A stretch of DNA of 61,832 bases from Desulfomicrobium sp. (lineage in GTDB: Bacteria > Desulfobacterota > Desulfovibrionia > Desulfovibrionales > Desulfomicrobiaceae). The position numbers and the translations under genes were made by a program. Below, piece by piece: positions 18,886 through 28,493 of this stretch (the stretch's first letter is position 1; each line of letters starts with the position of its first letter). The stretch spans positions 1-61,832 of the forward strand of contig JANJWV010000239.1 in the NCBI GenBank assembly GCA_024709365.1. The letters are read 5' to 3'. The notes beneath the pieces were generated by a model, which was not told where the DNA came from, did not search any database, and saw nothing but the letters and a program-made list of their open reading frames with translations.

Positions 18886-20133
18886 CTATGAGTTCATCAT
18901 GTCCAGGAAATCCTTGTTGCTCTTGGTGCCGCGCATCTTGTCCAGCAGGAAATCCATGGTGTCCACGGAGTTCATGGGGCCCATGATGCGGCGCAGGATC
19001 CAGACCTTGTTCAGGACGTCGGGCTCCAGGAGCAATTCTTCCTTGCGGGTGCCGGAACGGTTCAGGTCGATGGCCGGGAAGACGCGCTTGTCCGCCAGGT
19101 GACGGTCGAGATAGATGTCGCAGTTGCCCGTACCCTTGAACTCCTCGAAGATGACCTCGTCCATGCGCGATCCCGTGTCGACCAGGGCCGTGGAGATGAT
19201 GGTCAGGCTGCCGCCCTCCTCGATGTTGCGGGCCGCGCCGAAAAAGCGCTTGGGCCGCTGCAGGGCGTTGGCGTCGAGGCCGCCCGACAGCACGCGTCCT
19301 GAGGACGGGGTCGTGGCGTTGTAGGCCCGGCCGAGGCGGGTGATGGAGTCGAGCAGGATGACCACGTCGACTTTGCGCTCGACCAGACGCTTGGCCTTCT
19401 CCAGGACCATCTCGGCCACCTGCACGTGACGGGTCGGCGGCTCGTCGAAGGTCGAGCTGATGACCTCGGCCTTGACCGTGCGCTCCATGTCCGTGACTTC
19501 CTCGGGACGCTCGTCGATCAGCAGGACGATGAGGTAGGCGTCGGGGTGGTTGATGCTTATGGAATTGGCGATGGCCTGCATGAGCATGGTCTTGCCGGTG
19601 CGCGGCGGGGCCACGATGAGGGCGCGCTGGCCCTTGCCGATGGGGGTCATGAGGTCGACGATGCGGGTCGAGTAGTTCTTGTCGCCGTTCTCCAGGCGGA
19701 ACTGCTCGTCAGGGTAGATGGGCGTCAGGTTGTCGAAGAGGACGATGCGCTTGGCCTCCTCGGGTTCGCGGAAGCAGATCTCCTTGACCCGCAGCAGCGC
19801 GAAGTAGCGTTCGCCCTCCTTGGGCGGCCTGATCTGGCCGGAGACGACGTCACCCGTGCGCAGCGCGAAGCGCCGGATCTGGGAGGGCGAGACGTAGATG
19901 TCGTCCGGACCGGGCATGTAACTGGACGTGGGCGAACGCAGAAAACCGAATCCGTCGGGCAGGATCTCCAGGACACCCTCGCCGAATATGGAGCCGTTCT
20001 GGGAAGCGCAGGCCTGGAGCAGCGCGAAGATGAGCTCCTGCTTGCGCAGGCCGCTCACGTTCTCGATCTGATACTCCGCGGCGATATCCATGAGTTCGGC
20101 CATGGATTTGGTTTTCAACTCGGAAAGATTCAT
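18886..20133 (-). CDS. rho: Transcription termination factor Rho
   Basis: [50 protein letters not shown]. Confidence 0.98.
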   Translation of the reverse strand: MNLSELKTKSMAELMDIAAEYQIENVSGLRKQELIFALLQACASQNGSIFGEGVLEILPDGFGFLRSPTSSYMPGPDDIYVSPSQIRRFALRTGDVVSGQIRPPKEGERYFALLRVKEICFREPEEAKRIVLFDNLTPIYPDEQFRLENGDKNYSTRIVDLMTPIGKGQRALIVAPPRTGKTMLMQAIANSISINHPDAYLIVLLIDERPEEVTDMERTVKAEVISSTFDEPPTRHVQVAEMVLEKAKRLVERKVDVVILLDSITRLGRAYNATTPSSGRVLSGGLDANALQRPKRFFGAARNIEEGGSLTIISTALVDTGSRMDEVIFEEFKGTGNCDIYLDRHLADKRVFPAIDLNRSGTRKEELLLEPDVLNKVWILRRIMGPMNSVDTMDFLLDKMRGTKSNKDFLDMMNS

Positions 20134-20388
20134 AACGAAACCTCGTAACAATGAAATGGCATATGCCTGTGACCGTAGGAGATAAGGAACAGACCAAAAG
20201 GTCGAAAATTATGTATTGTGAATTTCGAAAAATGATGGGTCAGAAAAGTGCTCTGGTATGAATATAAAAAACCCTTTCAGAAGATCGCACGGACAATATG
20301 TGTTTCTGCTTGAGGACTTGTAGTGTCTGGCAGGGATGGAACAACGGAATATCTGAACGGATCAAAAAAAACAAGAGCCAAGGGGCGG

Positions 20389-20919
20389 TTAATCGCCCTC
20401 GGCTTCATCTTCTTCGGCCTTGGCCTGGAGAATGTCGGCGAACAGGGCCTCGATGGATTTCTTGACCTCGGCCTGGTCCTGCTTCAGGGCAAAGGAGAGC
20501 TCCAGGGAAATGAGGCCCATGGCCTGTTCGAGGAGCCTGCGCTCGCCGAAGGACAGTTCCTTGTCCTTGCCGATGAGGATGAGCTCCTTGAGGACGTAGG
20601 CCACATCCTTCAGGTCGCTGCTCTTGAGCTTCTCGGAATACTCCCGGTAGCGGCGGTTCCAGTTCTGGCCGGAATAGCCCGTGAAATCGGAGCGGTCCTG
20701 CAGGTACGCGCGAATCTCCTCGGCCTGTGCAGAGGAGTAGACGCCGCGCAGCCCGACATTCTTGGCGTTGCGCACGGGAACCATCAACGTGACGTTATTG
20801 CTCAGAATACGCACGATGATGAGTTCCGTGGCGACGCCCCCGATCTCCTGGGTCTCAATCCTTTCGACCTTACCGACCCCCTGCGCGGGATAGACGACAA
20901 GTTCATCAACTGAAAACAC
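20389..20919 (-). CDS. carD: CarD/CdnL family RNA-polymerase-binding factor
   Basis: GTG start after GGAGG; VVYPAQGVG, VGLR, NWNRRYRE, LSFGERRLL. Confidence 0.92.
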   Translation of the reverse strand: MFSVDELVVYPAQGVGKVERIETQEIGGVATELIIVRILSNNVTLMVPVRNAKNVGLRGVYSSAQAEEIRAYLQDRSDFTGYSGQNWNRRYREYSEKLKSSDLKDVAYVLKELILIGKDKELSFGERRLLEQAMGLISLELSFALKQDQAEVKKSIEALFADILQAKAEEDEAEGD

Positions 20920-21015
20920 AAGCGACCTCCACAATAACGAAATCGGACTGCATGGAAAAAAAAGAATAGCGCAAAATCGAAACGGCGTCCACTAAGCTCT
21001 GAAGTCAGCCACAGG

Positions 21016-21612
21016 TCAGCGTGCGTGCAGGCGCGCCGTCGCGGCGTCCAGGCCTTCGCGGCAATACTGCAGAACCGACGTCACCGCAGCATCGAGAACC
21101 TGGCCGACCTGCTCCCACTCCGAGGGAAGAAAGCCCTTCAGCACGTAGTCGGCCATGGCCTCGGAACCATCGGGCCGGCCGATGCCCAGTCGAAGCCGGG
21201 AAAAATCCCGCGTCCCGAGATGGGCGGCCACGGACTTGAGACCGTTATGCCCGGCAAGCCCGCCCGAGAACTTGAAGCGCGCCGTGCCCAGGGGCAGATC
21301 CAGCTCGTCGTGCAGGACCAGGACGCGCTCCGGGGCGATGCCGTTCTTGCGACAGAGCTCCCCCACCGACTGCCCGCTCAGGTTCATGAAGGTCTGCGGC
21401 TTGACCACCAGCCAGCGCCGGGCCCCGTAATTCTCGCTCACGTCCCACACTTCGGCCTTGGCGCGCACGCCCCTGGCCTCGCACGATGCGCCGGGCTCGG
21501 CGGCCCAATGGGCCACGAGGCGGTCGGCAAGGAGAAAACCGAAATTATGGCGGGTCCGGGCATACTTTGGACCCGGGTTGCCCAACCCGACAATCAGGCC
21601 GTCGTACGTCAT
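21016..21612 (-). CDS. pth: Peptidyl-tRNA hydrolase
   Basis: GLGNPG, TRHNFG, KPQTFMNLSG, HDELD, GHNGLKS, RLRLGIGRP. Confidence 0.97.
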   Translation of the reverse strand: MTYDGLIVGLGNPGPKYARTRHNFGFLLADRLVAHWAAEPGASCEARGVRAKAEVWDVSENYGARRWLVVKPQTFMNLSGQSVGELCRKNGIAPERVLVLHDELDLPLGTARFKFSGGLAGHNGLKSVAAHLGTRDFSRLRLGIGRPDGSEAMADYVLKGFLPSEWEQVGQVLDAAVTSVLQYCREGLDAATARLHAR

Positions 21613-21654
21613 GGGGAACCGTCAGGGGAGAGAAATGGACAGGGCGGAGAGAAT

Positions 21655-21679
21655 GGAGGCCCTGCCGGGCAGGGCCTCC
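21655..21679 (-). terminator. Hairpin between rplY and pth (weak terminator or stability element)
   Basis: GGAGGCCCTGC-cgg-GCAGGGCCTCC perfect 11-bp stem; poor U-tract. Confidence 0.4.
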
Positions 21680-21691
21680 GGAATGAACGGA

Positions 21692-22282
21692 CTAATCTTC
21701 CTCGCCAGCCTTGGCGCCGCGACCGGCCTGGATGGTGACGACGGGGTAGTTGCGGTCGTATACGGCCTTGACCCCTTCGGGCAGCACCAGCTGCTCGACG
21801 AAGACCTTCTCGGCGATGTCCAGATCGGCCACGTCGACGACGATGGAGTCGGGGATGATGGTCGGCAGGCAGCAGACCATGACGCGCTCCTCGAGAATCT
21901 CGAGCTTGCCGCCCAGGACGACGCCCTTGGCGCGGCCCACGGTCTCGACCGGAACAGTGACCTGCACTTCCTTGTCGAGGTCGATGCCGATGAAGTCCAC
22001 ATGATCGTAGCGGCGCTTGACCGGGTGGGAGACCAGCTTCTTGAACAGGGCGTTGCGCTTCTCCACCTGCCCGTCGACTTCGATGTGCAGTTCGAGCATC
22101 TTCGAGTAGCGAACCTTCTCGAAAACCTTGCCCAAAGCCATGTTGTCTACGGTAAAGGAGATGTTTTCACCCTTGGAGTTGTAGAAAACACCGGGAACCA
22201 ACCCATTGGAACGCAAGCGGGCGCACGGGCCTTTTCCCCTTTCCTCGCGCTGCTTCAGCTGCAAACTAGTGACTTCAGACAT
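21692..22282 (-). CDS. rplY: 50S ribosomal protein L25 / Ctc (long form)
   Basis: GKG..RLR..G.VPGVFY, HPV..HVDF, GVVLGG, C-terminal beta domain. Confidence 0.95.
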   Translation of the reverse strand: MSEVTSLQLKQREERGKGPCARLRSNGLVPGVFYNSKGENISFTVDNMALGKVFEKVRYSKMLELHIEVDGQVEKRNALFKKLVSHPVKRRYDHVDFIGIDLDKEVQVTVPVETVGRAKGVVLGGKLEILEERVMVCCLPTIIPDSIVVDVADLDIAEKVFVEQLVLPEGVKAVYDRNYPVVTIQAGRGAKAGEED

Positions 22283-22332
22283 GCTTTTCTCCTTTATTCA
22301 TCAACTAAAAAATAGGTCTGTTCCGAACAGGT

Positions 22333-23277
22333 TCAGCTGAACAGCACGCTCACCGACGATTCGGAATGGATATTGTGAATTGCCTTGGCAATGAGACTGC
22401 CAACGGAAATAACCTTGAATTTGTCGCTCGCCGCGGCCTTGGGATTGAGCGGGATGGTGTCCGTGACGATGACCTGCGAAAAGGCCGAACTCATCAGGCG
22501 CTCCACCGCCGGACCCGACAGGACCGGGTGTGTGGCGCAGGCCACCACGTCCTCGGCGCCGTTCTCGGCCAGCAGGTTGCCGGCCTCGGTCATGGTGCCG
22601 GCCGTGTCGATCATGTCGTCCAGGACCACGGCGATCTTGCCCTTCACGTCGCCGATGAGCTGCATGGCGTGAGCCTTGTTGGGGCCCTCGCGACGCTTGT
22701 CGACGATGGCCAGGCCGACGCCGAGGCGCTTGGCGTACGCCCTGGCCCGTTCCGTGCCGCCGGCGTCCGGCGAAACGACGATCAGGTTGTCGCCGAGCTT
22801 GCGGATGTATTCGAGCAGCACCTGGGCGGCGTACAGGTTGTCGACGGGCTTGTCGAAAAATCCCTGGATCTGCCCCGAGTGCAGATCGATGGTCAGCACG
22901 CGGTCCACGCCCGCCGCGGAAATGAAGTCGGCGACCAGCTTGGCGCTGATGGGAACCCTGGGCACGACCTTGCGGTCCTGGCGGGCGTACCCGAAGTACG
23001 GCACCACGGCGGTCACGCGGCCGGCACTGGCGCGCTTCAAGGCGTCCAGCATGAGGCACAGTTCCATCAGATTGTGGTTGACCGGTGCGCACGTGGACTG
23101 GACCACGTACACGTCGTCGCCGCGGACGTTGGCGCCCATTTCGACCCGGATCTCGCCGTCGCTGAAAACGTCGACCAGGGACGGGGTAATCTTGCAGCCC
23201 AGATGATCGCAGATGCGGGCGGCCAGGGCGGGGTTTGCGGTCCCCGTGACGATTTTCAGTTCACCGACGCGTGGCAT
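22333..23277 (-). CDS. prs: Ribose-phosphate pyrophosphokinase
   Basis: [42 protein letters not shown]; ATG 23277 after GAAGGA. Confidence 0.98.
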   Translation of the reverse strand: MPRVGELKIVTGTANPALAARICDHLGCKITPSLVDVFSDGEIRVEMGANVRGDDVYVVQSTCAPVNHNLMELCLMLDALKRASAGRVTAVVPYFGYARQDRKVVPRVPISAKLVADFISAAGVDRVLTIDLHSGQIQGFFDKPVDNLYAAQVLLEYIRKLGDNLIVVSPDAGGTERARAYAKRLGVGLAIVDKRREGPNKAHAMQLIGDVKGKIAVVLDDMIDTAGTMTEAGNLLAENGAEDVVACATHPVLSGPAVERLMSSAFSQVIVTDTIPLNPKAAASDKFKVISVGSLIAKAIHNIHSESSVSVLFS

Positions 23278-23297
23278 AGTCTTTCCTTCAAAATGTA

Positions 23298-23373
23298 TGG
23301 CTGGGGCGGGAGGATTCGAACCTCCGAATGACGGAACCAAAACCCGTTGCCTTGCCAGCTTGGCGACGCCCCA
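23298..23373 (-). tRNA. tRNA-Gln (anticodon TTG), CCA encoded
   Basis: 76-nt cloverleaf TGGGGCG..ACGGG-TT-TTG-GT-TCCGT..GGAGG-TTCGAAT-CCTCC-CGCCCCA-GCCA; usual ispE-tRNAGln-prs synteny. Confidence 0.97.
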
Positions 23374-23466
23374 ACACAGGTCGCCCGGCCTGTCCGGCCT
23401 ACGGCTCCCCCGAGTAAAACAAAAAGACCGCCAGGTTTGTCGACCCGCAGCCCGACCAGAAAACCC

Positions 23467-24351
23467 TCACGAATCCAGCCGCACTGGCCTCCCGGAATGG
23501 TTGCCGTAGCAGACGTGCCCGAGGGAGCGCAGCCTGCCTGCGCAACGCGCGGCATTCTCGGAAGACGAAAAAAGAGCCACGAAGCTGGAGCCGCTGCCGC
23601 TCATGACACATGCATCGGCAAAACCATCCAGAATCAGCTCTTTGATACCGTAAAGCACTGGAAATTCTTGAAAAACGACTTCTTCAAAGCTATTCCAGAG
23701 CTCGGGCGGTTTCGTGAAGCAAAGATTCTTAATAGGGCTAAAATTCAGTGTCAACTCTTTTCTTGGACGCACCAGTCCCTGCGCCAGCATCTCGTCGTAG
23801 CGCCTGTAGGCCCACGCCGTGTTGACGTGCACCTGCGGGCAGACGACCAGCACGACGTAGTCGTCCAGGCTCATGGGCACGGGTTCGAGCCCTTCGCCGA
23901 TGCCCGTGACCCAGGCCGGGACGTTGGACAGGAAAAACGGCACGTCGGCCCCCAGGGACAGGGCCAGGTCCGCCAGCTCCCCAGAGTTCAAGGCCTTGTC
24001 TGCGGCCCTGCCGTTGAGCCACCGCAGCAGCGCGGCGGCATCGCTGCTGCCACCGCCGAGGCCCGCGCCCATGGGAATGCCCTTGTCCAGGTGCACGGCC
24101 AGGCCGGGTGCAAAACCCGTGGCCGCGGCAAAACGTTCGTAGGCCCGGGTCAGGATGTTCTCGCCCGCGGCCAGCGAAGGGTCCGAGCAGGTCAGGCGAA
24201 AGCCCTCCCCGTCCTCGGCCAGGGTCAGGACGTCGCAGGGCGAGGGCAGCGGGTAGAAGAGACTTTCGATCTCGTGATACCCGTCCGCCCGCACCCCGAC
24301 AATGTCCAGATAGAGGTTGACCTTACAGCCGGCCGTAAGCTCCTGCGGCAT
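23467..24351 (-). CDS. ispE: 4-diphosphocytidyl-2-C-methyl-D-erythritol kinase
   Basis: KVNLYL..DGYHEI, IPMGAGLGGGSSDAA, GADVPFF, MSGSGS. Confidence 0.96.
   Translation of the reverse strand: MPQELTAGCKVNLYLDIVGVRADGYHEIESLFYPLPSPCDVLTLAEDGEGFRLTCSDPSLAAGENILTRAYERFAAATGFAPGLAVHLDKGIPMGAGLGGGSSDAAALLRWLNGRAADKALNSGELADLALSLGADVPFFLSNVPAWVTGIGEGLEPVPMSLDDYVVLVVCPQVHVNTAWAYRRYDEMLAQGLVRPRKELTLNFSPIKNLCFTKPPELWNSFEEVVFQEFPVLYGIKELILDGFADACVMSGSGSSFVALFSSSENAARCAGRLRSLGHVCYGNHSGRPVRLDS
23725..23754 (-). promoter_or_regulatory. Putative internal sigma70 promoter in ispE for tRNA-Gln-prs-rplY-pth
   Basis: Perfect TTGACA (23754-23749), 18 nt, AAGAAT, inside a conspicuously AT-rich patch. Confidence 0.4.
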
Positions 24352-24363
24352 CTTCGCCCTCGC

Positions 24364-24389
24364 AAAAAAGCGCCCTTCCGGGCGCTTTT
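24364..24389. terminator. Intrinsic terminator after degP
   Basis: AAAAGCGCCC-ttcc-GGGCGCTTTT; U6 on the minus strand. Confidence 0.75.
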
Positions 24390-24392
24390 GGA

Positions 24393-25814
24393 TCATGACA
24401 GCGGGATGGTCCGGAACACGTTGCGTCCCTGTCGTTTGAGAAGGAGCATGACGACGCCCTTTTCCTTGGCGTCGCCAGAGATGACGTCCTGCAGGGCCTT
24501 GGCCGTGTTCACGGCCTTGCCGTTGGCCTCCAGGATGACGTCTCCGGCGGCCAGGCCGTTCTGGGCCGCGGGCGAACCTTCCGCCACCTCGACAACCAGC
24601 AGGCCCATGGCCCGGCCGAGTTCCAGGGCTCCGGCCTCGGATTCGGTCACGGGCCGCACGCTCAGCCCGAGCACGGCTTCGCCGGGGGCCTCGGGAGAGC
24701 CGCCGGGGCGGGCCTGGGCCACCTTCTCGGCGTTGCGCTCACCAAGGACCAGGGTCAGCTTCTCGGTCTTGCCGTCGCGCCACACGGTCACGCCGACCTT
24801 GGCGCCGGGCAGCAGGTCGCCGATCTTGCGGGTCAGGTCGCCGGCGTTGGCCACCTCGACCCCTTCCACGGACGTAATGACGTCGCCGGCCCTGATCCCC
24901 GCCTTGTCCGCCGGGTCACCGGGGGTGACGGAGGAAACGAGAGCGCCCTTGGCGTCCTTCAGACCCAGGGCCTTGGCGGAGTTGGCGTCCACGTCCTGGA
25001 TGGACACGCCGAGCCAGCCGCGCTTGACGGTCTTGTATTCCTTGAGCTGGTCGATGACCTGTCTGGCCAGACGGCTGGGGATGGCGAAGCCGATGCCCTG
25101 CCCCGAGGCTATGATGGCCGTGTTGATGCCGATGACCTGGCCGTCGAGGTTGATGAGGGGCCCGCCGCTGTTGCCGGGGTTGATGGAGGCGTCGGTCTGG
25201 ATGAAGTTGTCGTAGGGGCCTGCGCCGATGGTCCGGCCCTTGGCGCTGACGATGCCGGCCGTGACGGTGTGGTCCAGGCCGAAGGGGTTGCCGATGGCCA
25301 TGACCCACTGGCCGACCTTGAGGGCGTCGGAATCGCCGAAGGCCAGATACGGCAGCGTCCCCTTGGGCGCGATCTTGAGCAGGGCCAGGTCGGTCTCCTT
25401 GTCCGTGCCCACGATCTCGGCGTCATAGGACACCTCGCCGTTGCCGTCGGCGCGCAGATTGACCTTGATGGAATCGGCGCCCTCGACGACGTGGTTGTTG
25501 GTCACGATGTACCCGTCGGGCGACATGACGAAGCCCGAGCCCAGGGAACGCTGTTCGCGGGGCACGCGCCCCTGCTCGCCGAAGAAGCGCTCGAACTGGT
25601 CGAAAAAGTCGCCGAAGGGGTGCTGGCCGCGCGGCCCCTGGCGGAAAAACTGCTGCATGTCAGGCTGGCCCTTGACCACCTTGACCGTGCTGATGTTGAC
25701 CACGGCCCGGCCCGATGTCTCGGCCAGATCCGTGAAGTCCGGCAGCTGGGCGGCCGTGGCGGCCGACGCCAGGAACAGGCAGAGCAAAGCCAGGGAACGA
25801 ATTGCGTATTTCAT
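24393..25814 (-). CDS. degP: Periplasmic serine protease Do (DegP/DegQ/HtrA family), two PDZ domains
   Basis: Signal peptide, LGSGF, TNNHVV, TDLALLK, QTDASINPGNSGGPL, two PDZ repeats. Confidence 0.93.
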   Translation of the reverse strand: MKYAIRSLALLCLFLASAATAAQLPDFTDLAETSGRAVVNISTVKVVKGQPDMQQFFRQGPRGQHPFGDFFDQFERFFGEQGRVPREQRSLGSGFVMSPDGYIVTNNHVVEGADSIKVNLRADGNGEVSYDAEIVGTDKETDLALLKIAPKGTLPYLAFGDSDALKVGQWVMAIGNPFGLDHTVTAGIVSAKGRTIGAGPYDNFIQTDASINPGNSGGPLINLDGQVIGINTAIIASGQGIGFAIPSRLARQVIDQLKEYKTVKRGWLGVSIQDVDANSAKALGLKDAKGALVSSVTPGDPADKAGIRAGDVITSVEGVEVANAGDLTRKIGDLLPGAKVGVTVWRDGKTEKLTLVLGERNAEKVAQARPGGSPEAPGEAVLGLSVRPVTESEAGALELGRAMGLLVVEVAEGSPAAQNGLAAGDVILEANGKAVNTAKALQDVISGDAKEKGVVMLLLKRQGRNVFRTIPLS

Positions 25815-25847
25815 GAGATACCTCCGTTGCTACGAGGAGAAAGCGAA

Positions 25848-25863
25848 AGCATGAGCCGTGCCA
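25848..25863 (-). promoter_or_regulatory. sigma54 (-24/-12) promoter of degP
   Basis: Minus strand TGGCAC-GGCTC-ATGCT, exact GG-N10-GC spacing, 33 nt upstream of the ATG. Confidence 0.7.
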
Positions 25864-25917
25864 TCCGGCGTGCCGCCCCGGCCGCGCTGTGCAGCGGAAC
25901 GGCCGGCGCACATATGC

Positions 25918-26007
25918 GTGCACGAAAATGCACAAGAGCGCGTCGGGGCATCAACGAACGGCACAATTTTGCACATCAGGACAGTCCGGATCCTGCACAA
26001 AACGCAT
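25918..26007. promoter_or_regulatory. Repeated (G)TGCA-N6-TGCAC sites, candidate enhancer-binding-protein UAS
   Basis: GTGCACGAAAATGCAC (25918-25933), CGGCACAATTTTGCAC (25959-25974), weaker CTGCACAAAACGCAT (25993-26007). Confidence 0.45.
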
Positions 26008-26937
26008 GGTCATCCACTCCGACCAGTACATCCACCCGGGGCTCCCGGAACCCACGAAACCTACGTGCCCGCCGGTCTCCGGCATGACCATCGAAACGGC
26101 ATCGTTGGCGCGCACCTCGTTCACGGGAAAGCAGCGCGGCCCCAGGAAGGGGTCGTTGACGGCGTTGATGAGGCATGTCCTGCGTTCGATCCGTGACAGG
26201 AACTGCCCGGAACTGGAGCGCCGCCAGTAATCGAGGGCGTCGCGGAAACCGTGCATGGGCGCCGTGAACCTGTCGTCGAACTGGCGGAAGGTCCGCAGCC
26301 TGTGCATGCCCGTCAGGTCGAAGACGCCGGGAAAGACCCGACTCTTCCGGATAATCTTCTTTCGCAGCAGGTCAAGCAGGTAACGCATGTAGACGGCGCA
26401 CTCCGGCCGCTCCAGGGCCCCGGCCGCATCCTCCAGGTCGCACGGCACGGACAGGGCCACAGTCCGGCGCACGATGCCGGGAACCTGCGCCGGGTCCTCG
26501 CCCAGGTACTTGAGCGCGACGTTGGCGCCGAGGCTGAAGCCGATCAGGTCGACGCTGCGGTAGCGCCCCAGGGACTCGACCATGAGCAGGACCTCATGCA
26601 GGTCCCGGGTCCACCCGGAGTGGTACATGGTCGGCTTGCGGTTGAGCTCGCCGCCGCAGCTGCGGTGGTTCATGGCCAGAACGTCCAGGCCGTGATGCCT
26701 GGCGGCCCTGGCCATGCCGAGCACGTACTTGCTGCGCGAGTGCCCTTCCAGGCCGTGCAGGATAAGGGCCAGCCGGTCCGACCCTGACCGCGACCAGTCC
26801 AGATCGACGAAATCCCCGTCCGACGTCTCCAGGCGCTGGCGCTCGTACGGCACCCGCGCCCGGACCCGGAAAACATGGGGGAAAAGCGTCTGCACGTGGC
26901 CGCTGGAAAAGGGAAAGGCGGTCCGCAGCCGCACCAC
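25951..26937 (-). CDS. YheT family alpha/beta hydrolase
   Basis: GHVQT, DGDFVDLDW, LHGLEG, GFSLGA nucleophile, NDPF, GGHVGF. Confidence 0.9.
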   Translation of the reverse strand: MVRLRTAFPFSSGHVQTLFPHVFRVRARVPYERQRLETSDGDFVDLDWSRSGSDRLALILHGLEGHSRSKYVLGMARAARHHGLDVLAMNHRSCGGELNRKPTMYHSGWTRDLHEVLLMVESLGRYRSVDLIGFSLGANVALKYLGEDPAQVPGIVRRTVALSVPCDLEDAAGALERPECAVYMRYLLDLLRKKIIRKSRVFPGVFDLTGMHRLRTFRQFDDRFTAPMHGFRDALDYWRRSSSGQFLSRIERRTCLINAVNDPFLGPRCFPVNEVRANDAVSMVMPETGGHVGFVGSGSPGWMYWSEWMTMRFVQDPDCPDVQNCAVR

Positions 26938-26940
26938 GGC

Positions 26941-27426
26941 CTACTCCTCTACGTACACGCGGGTAATGAGGACCGGCTCCTTGGGCACGTCCTGATGAAA
27001 GCCGTGGTTGCCGGTGGGCACGGCGGCGATGGCGTCCATGACCTCCAGGCCTTCGGTCACGCGGGCGAACACGGCATAGCCGAAGTCACGCGCGCCGTGG
27101 TCCAGGAAGGCGTTGTCGCGCAGGTTGATGAAGAACTGGGAGGTCGCGCTGTCGACGACCTGGGTGCGGGCCATGGACAGGGAGCCGCGCAGGTTCTTCA
27201 GGCCGTTGTCGGCTTCGTTCTTGATGGGCTTGCCCGTCTGCTTCTCGCGCATGCCTTCGGTCATGCCGCCGCCCTGCAGGACGAAGTTCGGGATGACGCG
27301 GTGGAAGATGGTTCCGTCGTAGAACCCGTCGCGCACGTAGTTCAGGAAGTTCTCGCAGGTGATGGGGGCCTTGTCCTCGAACAGTTCGATCTTCATCGTC
27401 CCCATGGACGTTTCCATGACTATCAT
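26941..27426 (-). CDS. Cyclophilin-type peptidyl-prolyl cis-trans isomerase
   Basis: [41 protein letters not shown]; ATG 27426 after AAGGAG. Confidence 0.95.
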   Translation of the reverse strand: MIVMETSMGTMKIELFEDKAPITCENFLNYVRDGFYDGTIFHRVIPNFVLQGGGMTEGMREKQTGKPIKNEADNGLKNLRGSLSMARTQVVDSATSQFFINLRDNAFLDHGARDFGYAVFARVTEGLEVMDAIAAVPTGNHGFHQDVPKEPVLITRVYVEE

Positions 27427-27476
27427 GATGGTTTCTCCTTGATTGTGTTTCGTTCGTTGCGCGCCGACCCGGCGCC

Positions 27477-27938
27477 TCAGGGCGCGTGCGGGGCCGACCA
27501 CTCCAGCACCAGGGCGTCCTCGCCGCTGTCGGCGTAGTAGCCCCTGCGCAGCCCGGCCTGCGTGAAACCGCAGCTTTTGTAAAGAGCCCGGGCCGCCGCG
27601 TTGCCGCCGCGCACCTCCAGCACCGCGCGCTGCGCGCCCAGAAGGCGCGCCCGCTCCAGGCAGTAGCGCAAGAGCGTCCCGCCGATGCCCTGCCCGCGGC
27701 GGGACGTGTCCACGGCGACATTGACTATTTCCAGTTCGCCCGCCACGATGTAGGCGGTCAGATAGGCGACCAGGCGCGGGCCTTCGAACACCCCGGCCGC
27801 GAAGAAGCGGTCCTGCCCCAAGAGGGTTTCGAACCGCCCGGCGTCCCAGGGGTCGTCGAAGACGGCGGCTTCCAGGCCGGCCAGGGCCCGGGCGTCGCCG
27901 GGTCCGAGCGGGCGGGTATGCAGGCCGGGTTCGTGCAT
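27477..27938 (-). CDS. rimI: Ribosomal-protein-alanine N-acetyltransferase (GNAT)
   Basis: PW, EIVNVAV..RRGQGIG, LEVR..N.AARALY...GF...G.RRGYY...EDA. Confidence 0.88.
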   Translation of the reverse strand: MHEPGLHTRPLGPGDARALAGLEAAVFDDPWDAGRFETLLGQDRFFAAGVFEGPRLVAYLTAYIVAGELEIVNVAVDTSRRGQGIGGTLLRYCLERARLLGAQRAVLEVRGGNAAARALYKSCGFTQAGLRRGYYADSGEDALVLEWSAPHAP

Positions 27939-27971
27939 CGTGTTCAATCCTGAAAAAAAGTGCGGGTGCCC

Positions 27972-28493
27972 ATGTCGACGGAATCGAGTCCGGACAGGAT
28001 CTACGTGGTGGATGCCGAGAACCGCCCCCTGGCCGTCATGTCCCCCGAGGAGGTCCATGCGCAGGGGCTCGCGCACCGCGGCGTCCTGCTGCTGATCACG
28101 GACCGCCGCCGACGCCTCGCCCTGCGCAGGCTGCCGGCCGACCATCCCCTCCACCCGGGGCGCTGGGATGTGGCCGGGAGCGGTCATGTCGTCGCCGACG
28201 AGGCGGCCGAGGAGGCTGCCCAGAACCGTCTGCCCGCGGCAGCGGCCGATCTCGGGGACAGCCTGCGGCACGTGTGCACCCTGGCCGAGGGCGCCGGAAC
28301 TGGAGCCGAGATCGTCGAGGTCTTCGAGGCCGAACTTCCGGACCAGGCCGCCCAGACCCTCTCCAGGGACCTCTCCCTGCTCTTCGTGGACCGGGACGAA
28401 CTCGACGCCCTGGTCTCATCCTTCCCCGACCAGCTCTCGCCGGACCTGCTGACGGTCTGGCGGACCCGCCTGTACGAACGCGCGCCTAGTTGA
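27972..28493 (+). CDS. Nudix-fold protein (Idi/YfcD-like) with degenerate Nudix box
   Basis: [32 protein letters not shown]; the REUXEE part is absent. Confidence 0.75.
   Translation: MSTESSPDRIYVVDAENRPLAVMSPEEVHAQGLAHRGVLLLITDRRRRLALRRLPADHPLHPGRWDVAGSGHVVADEAAEEAAQNRLPAAAADLGDSLRHVCTLAEGAGTGAEIVEVFEAELPDQAAQTLSRDLSLLFVDRDELDALVSSFPDQLSPDLLTVWRTRLYERAPS

Noticed and set aside
20134-20388. AT-rich rho leader as foreign DNA or sRNA
   Set aside because: Consistent with an ordinary promoter plus unstructured Rho autoregulatory leader; no independent evidence
23278-23340. prs N-terminal extension [14 protein letters not shown]
   Set aside because: It is the translated tRNA-Gln 3' half
23298-23373. 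tRNA as an integration site for an island or prophage
   Set aside because: No integrase, no duplicated 3' tRNA fragment seen, and ispE-tRNA-prs synteny is intact
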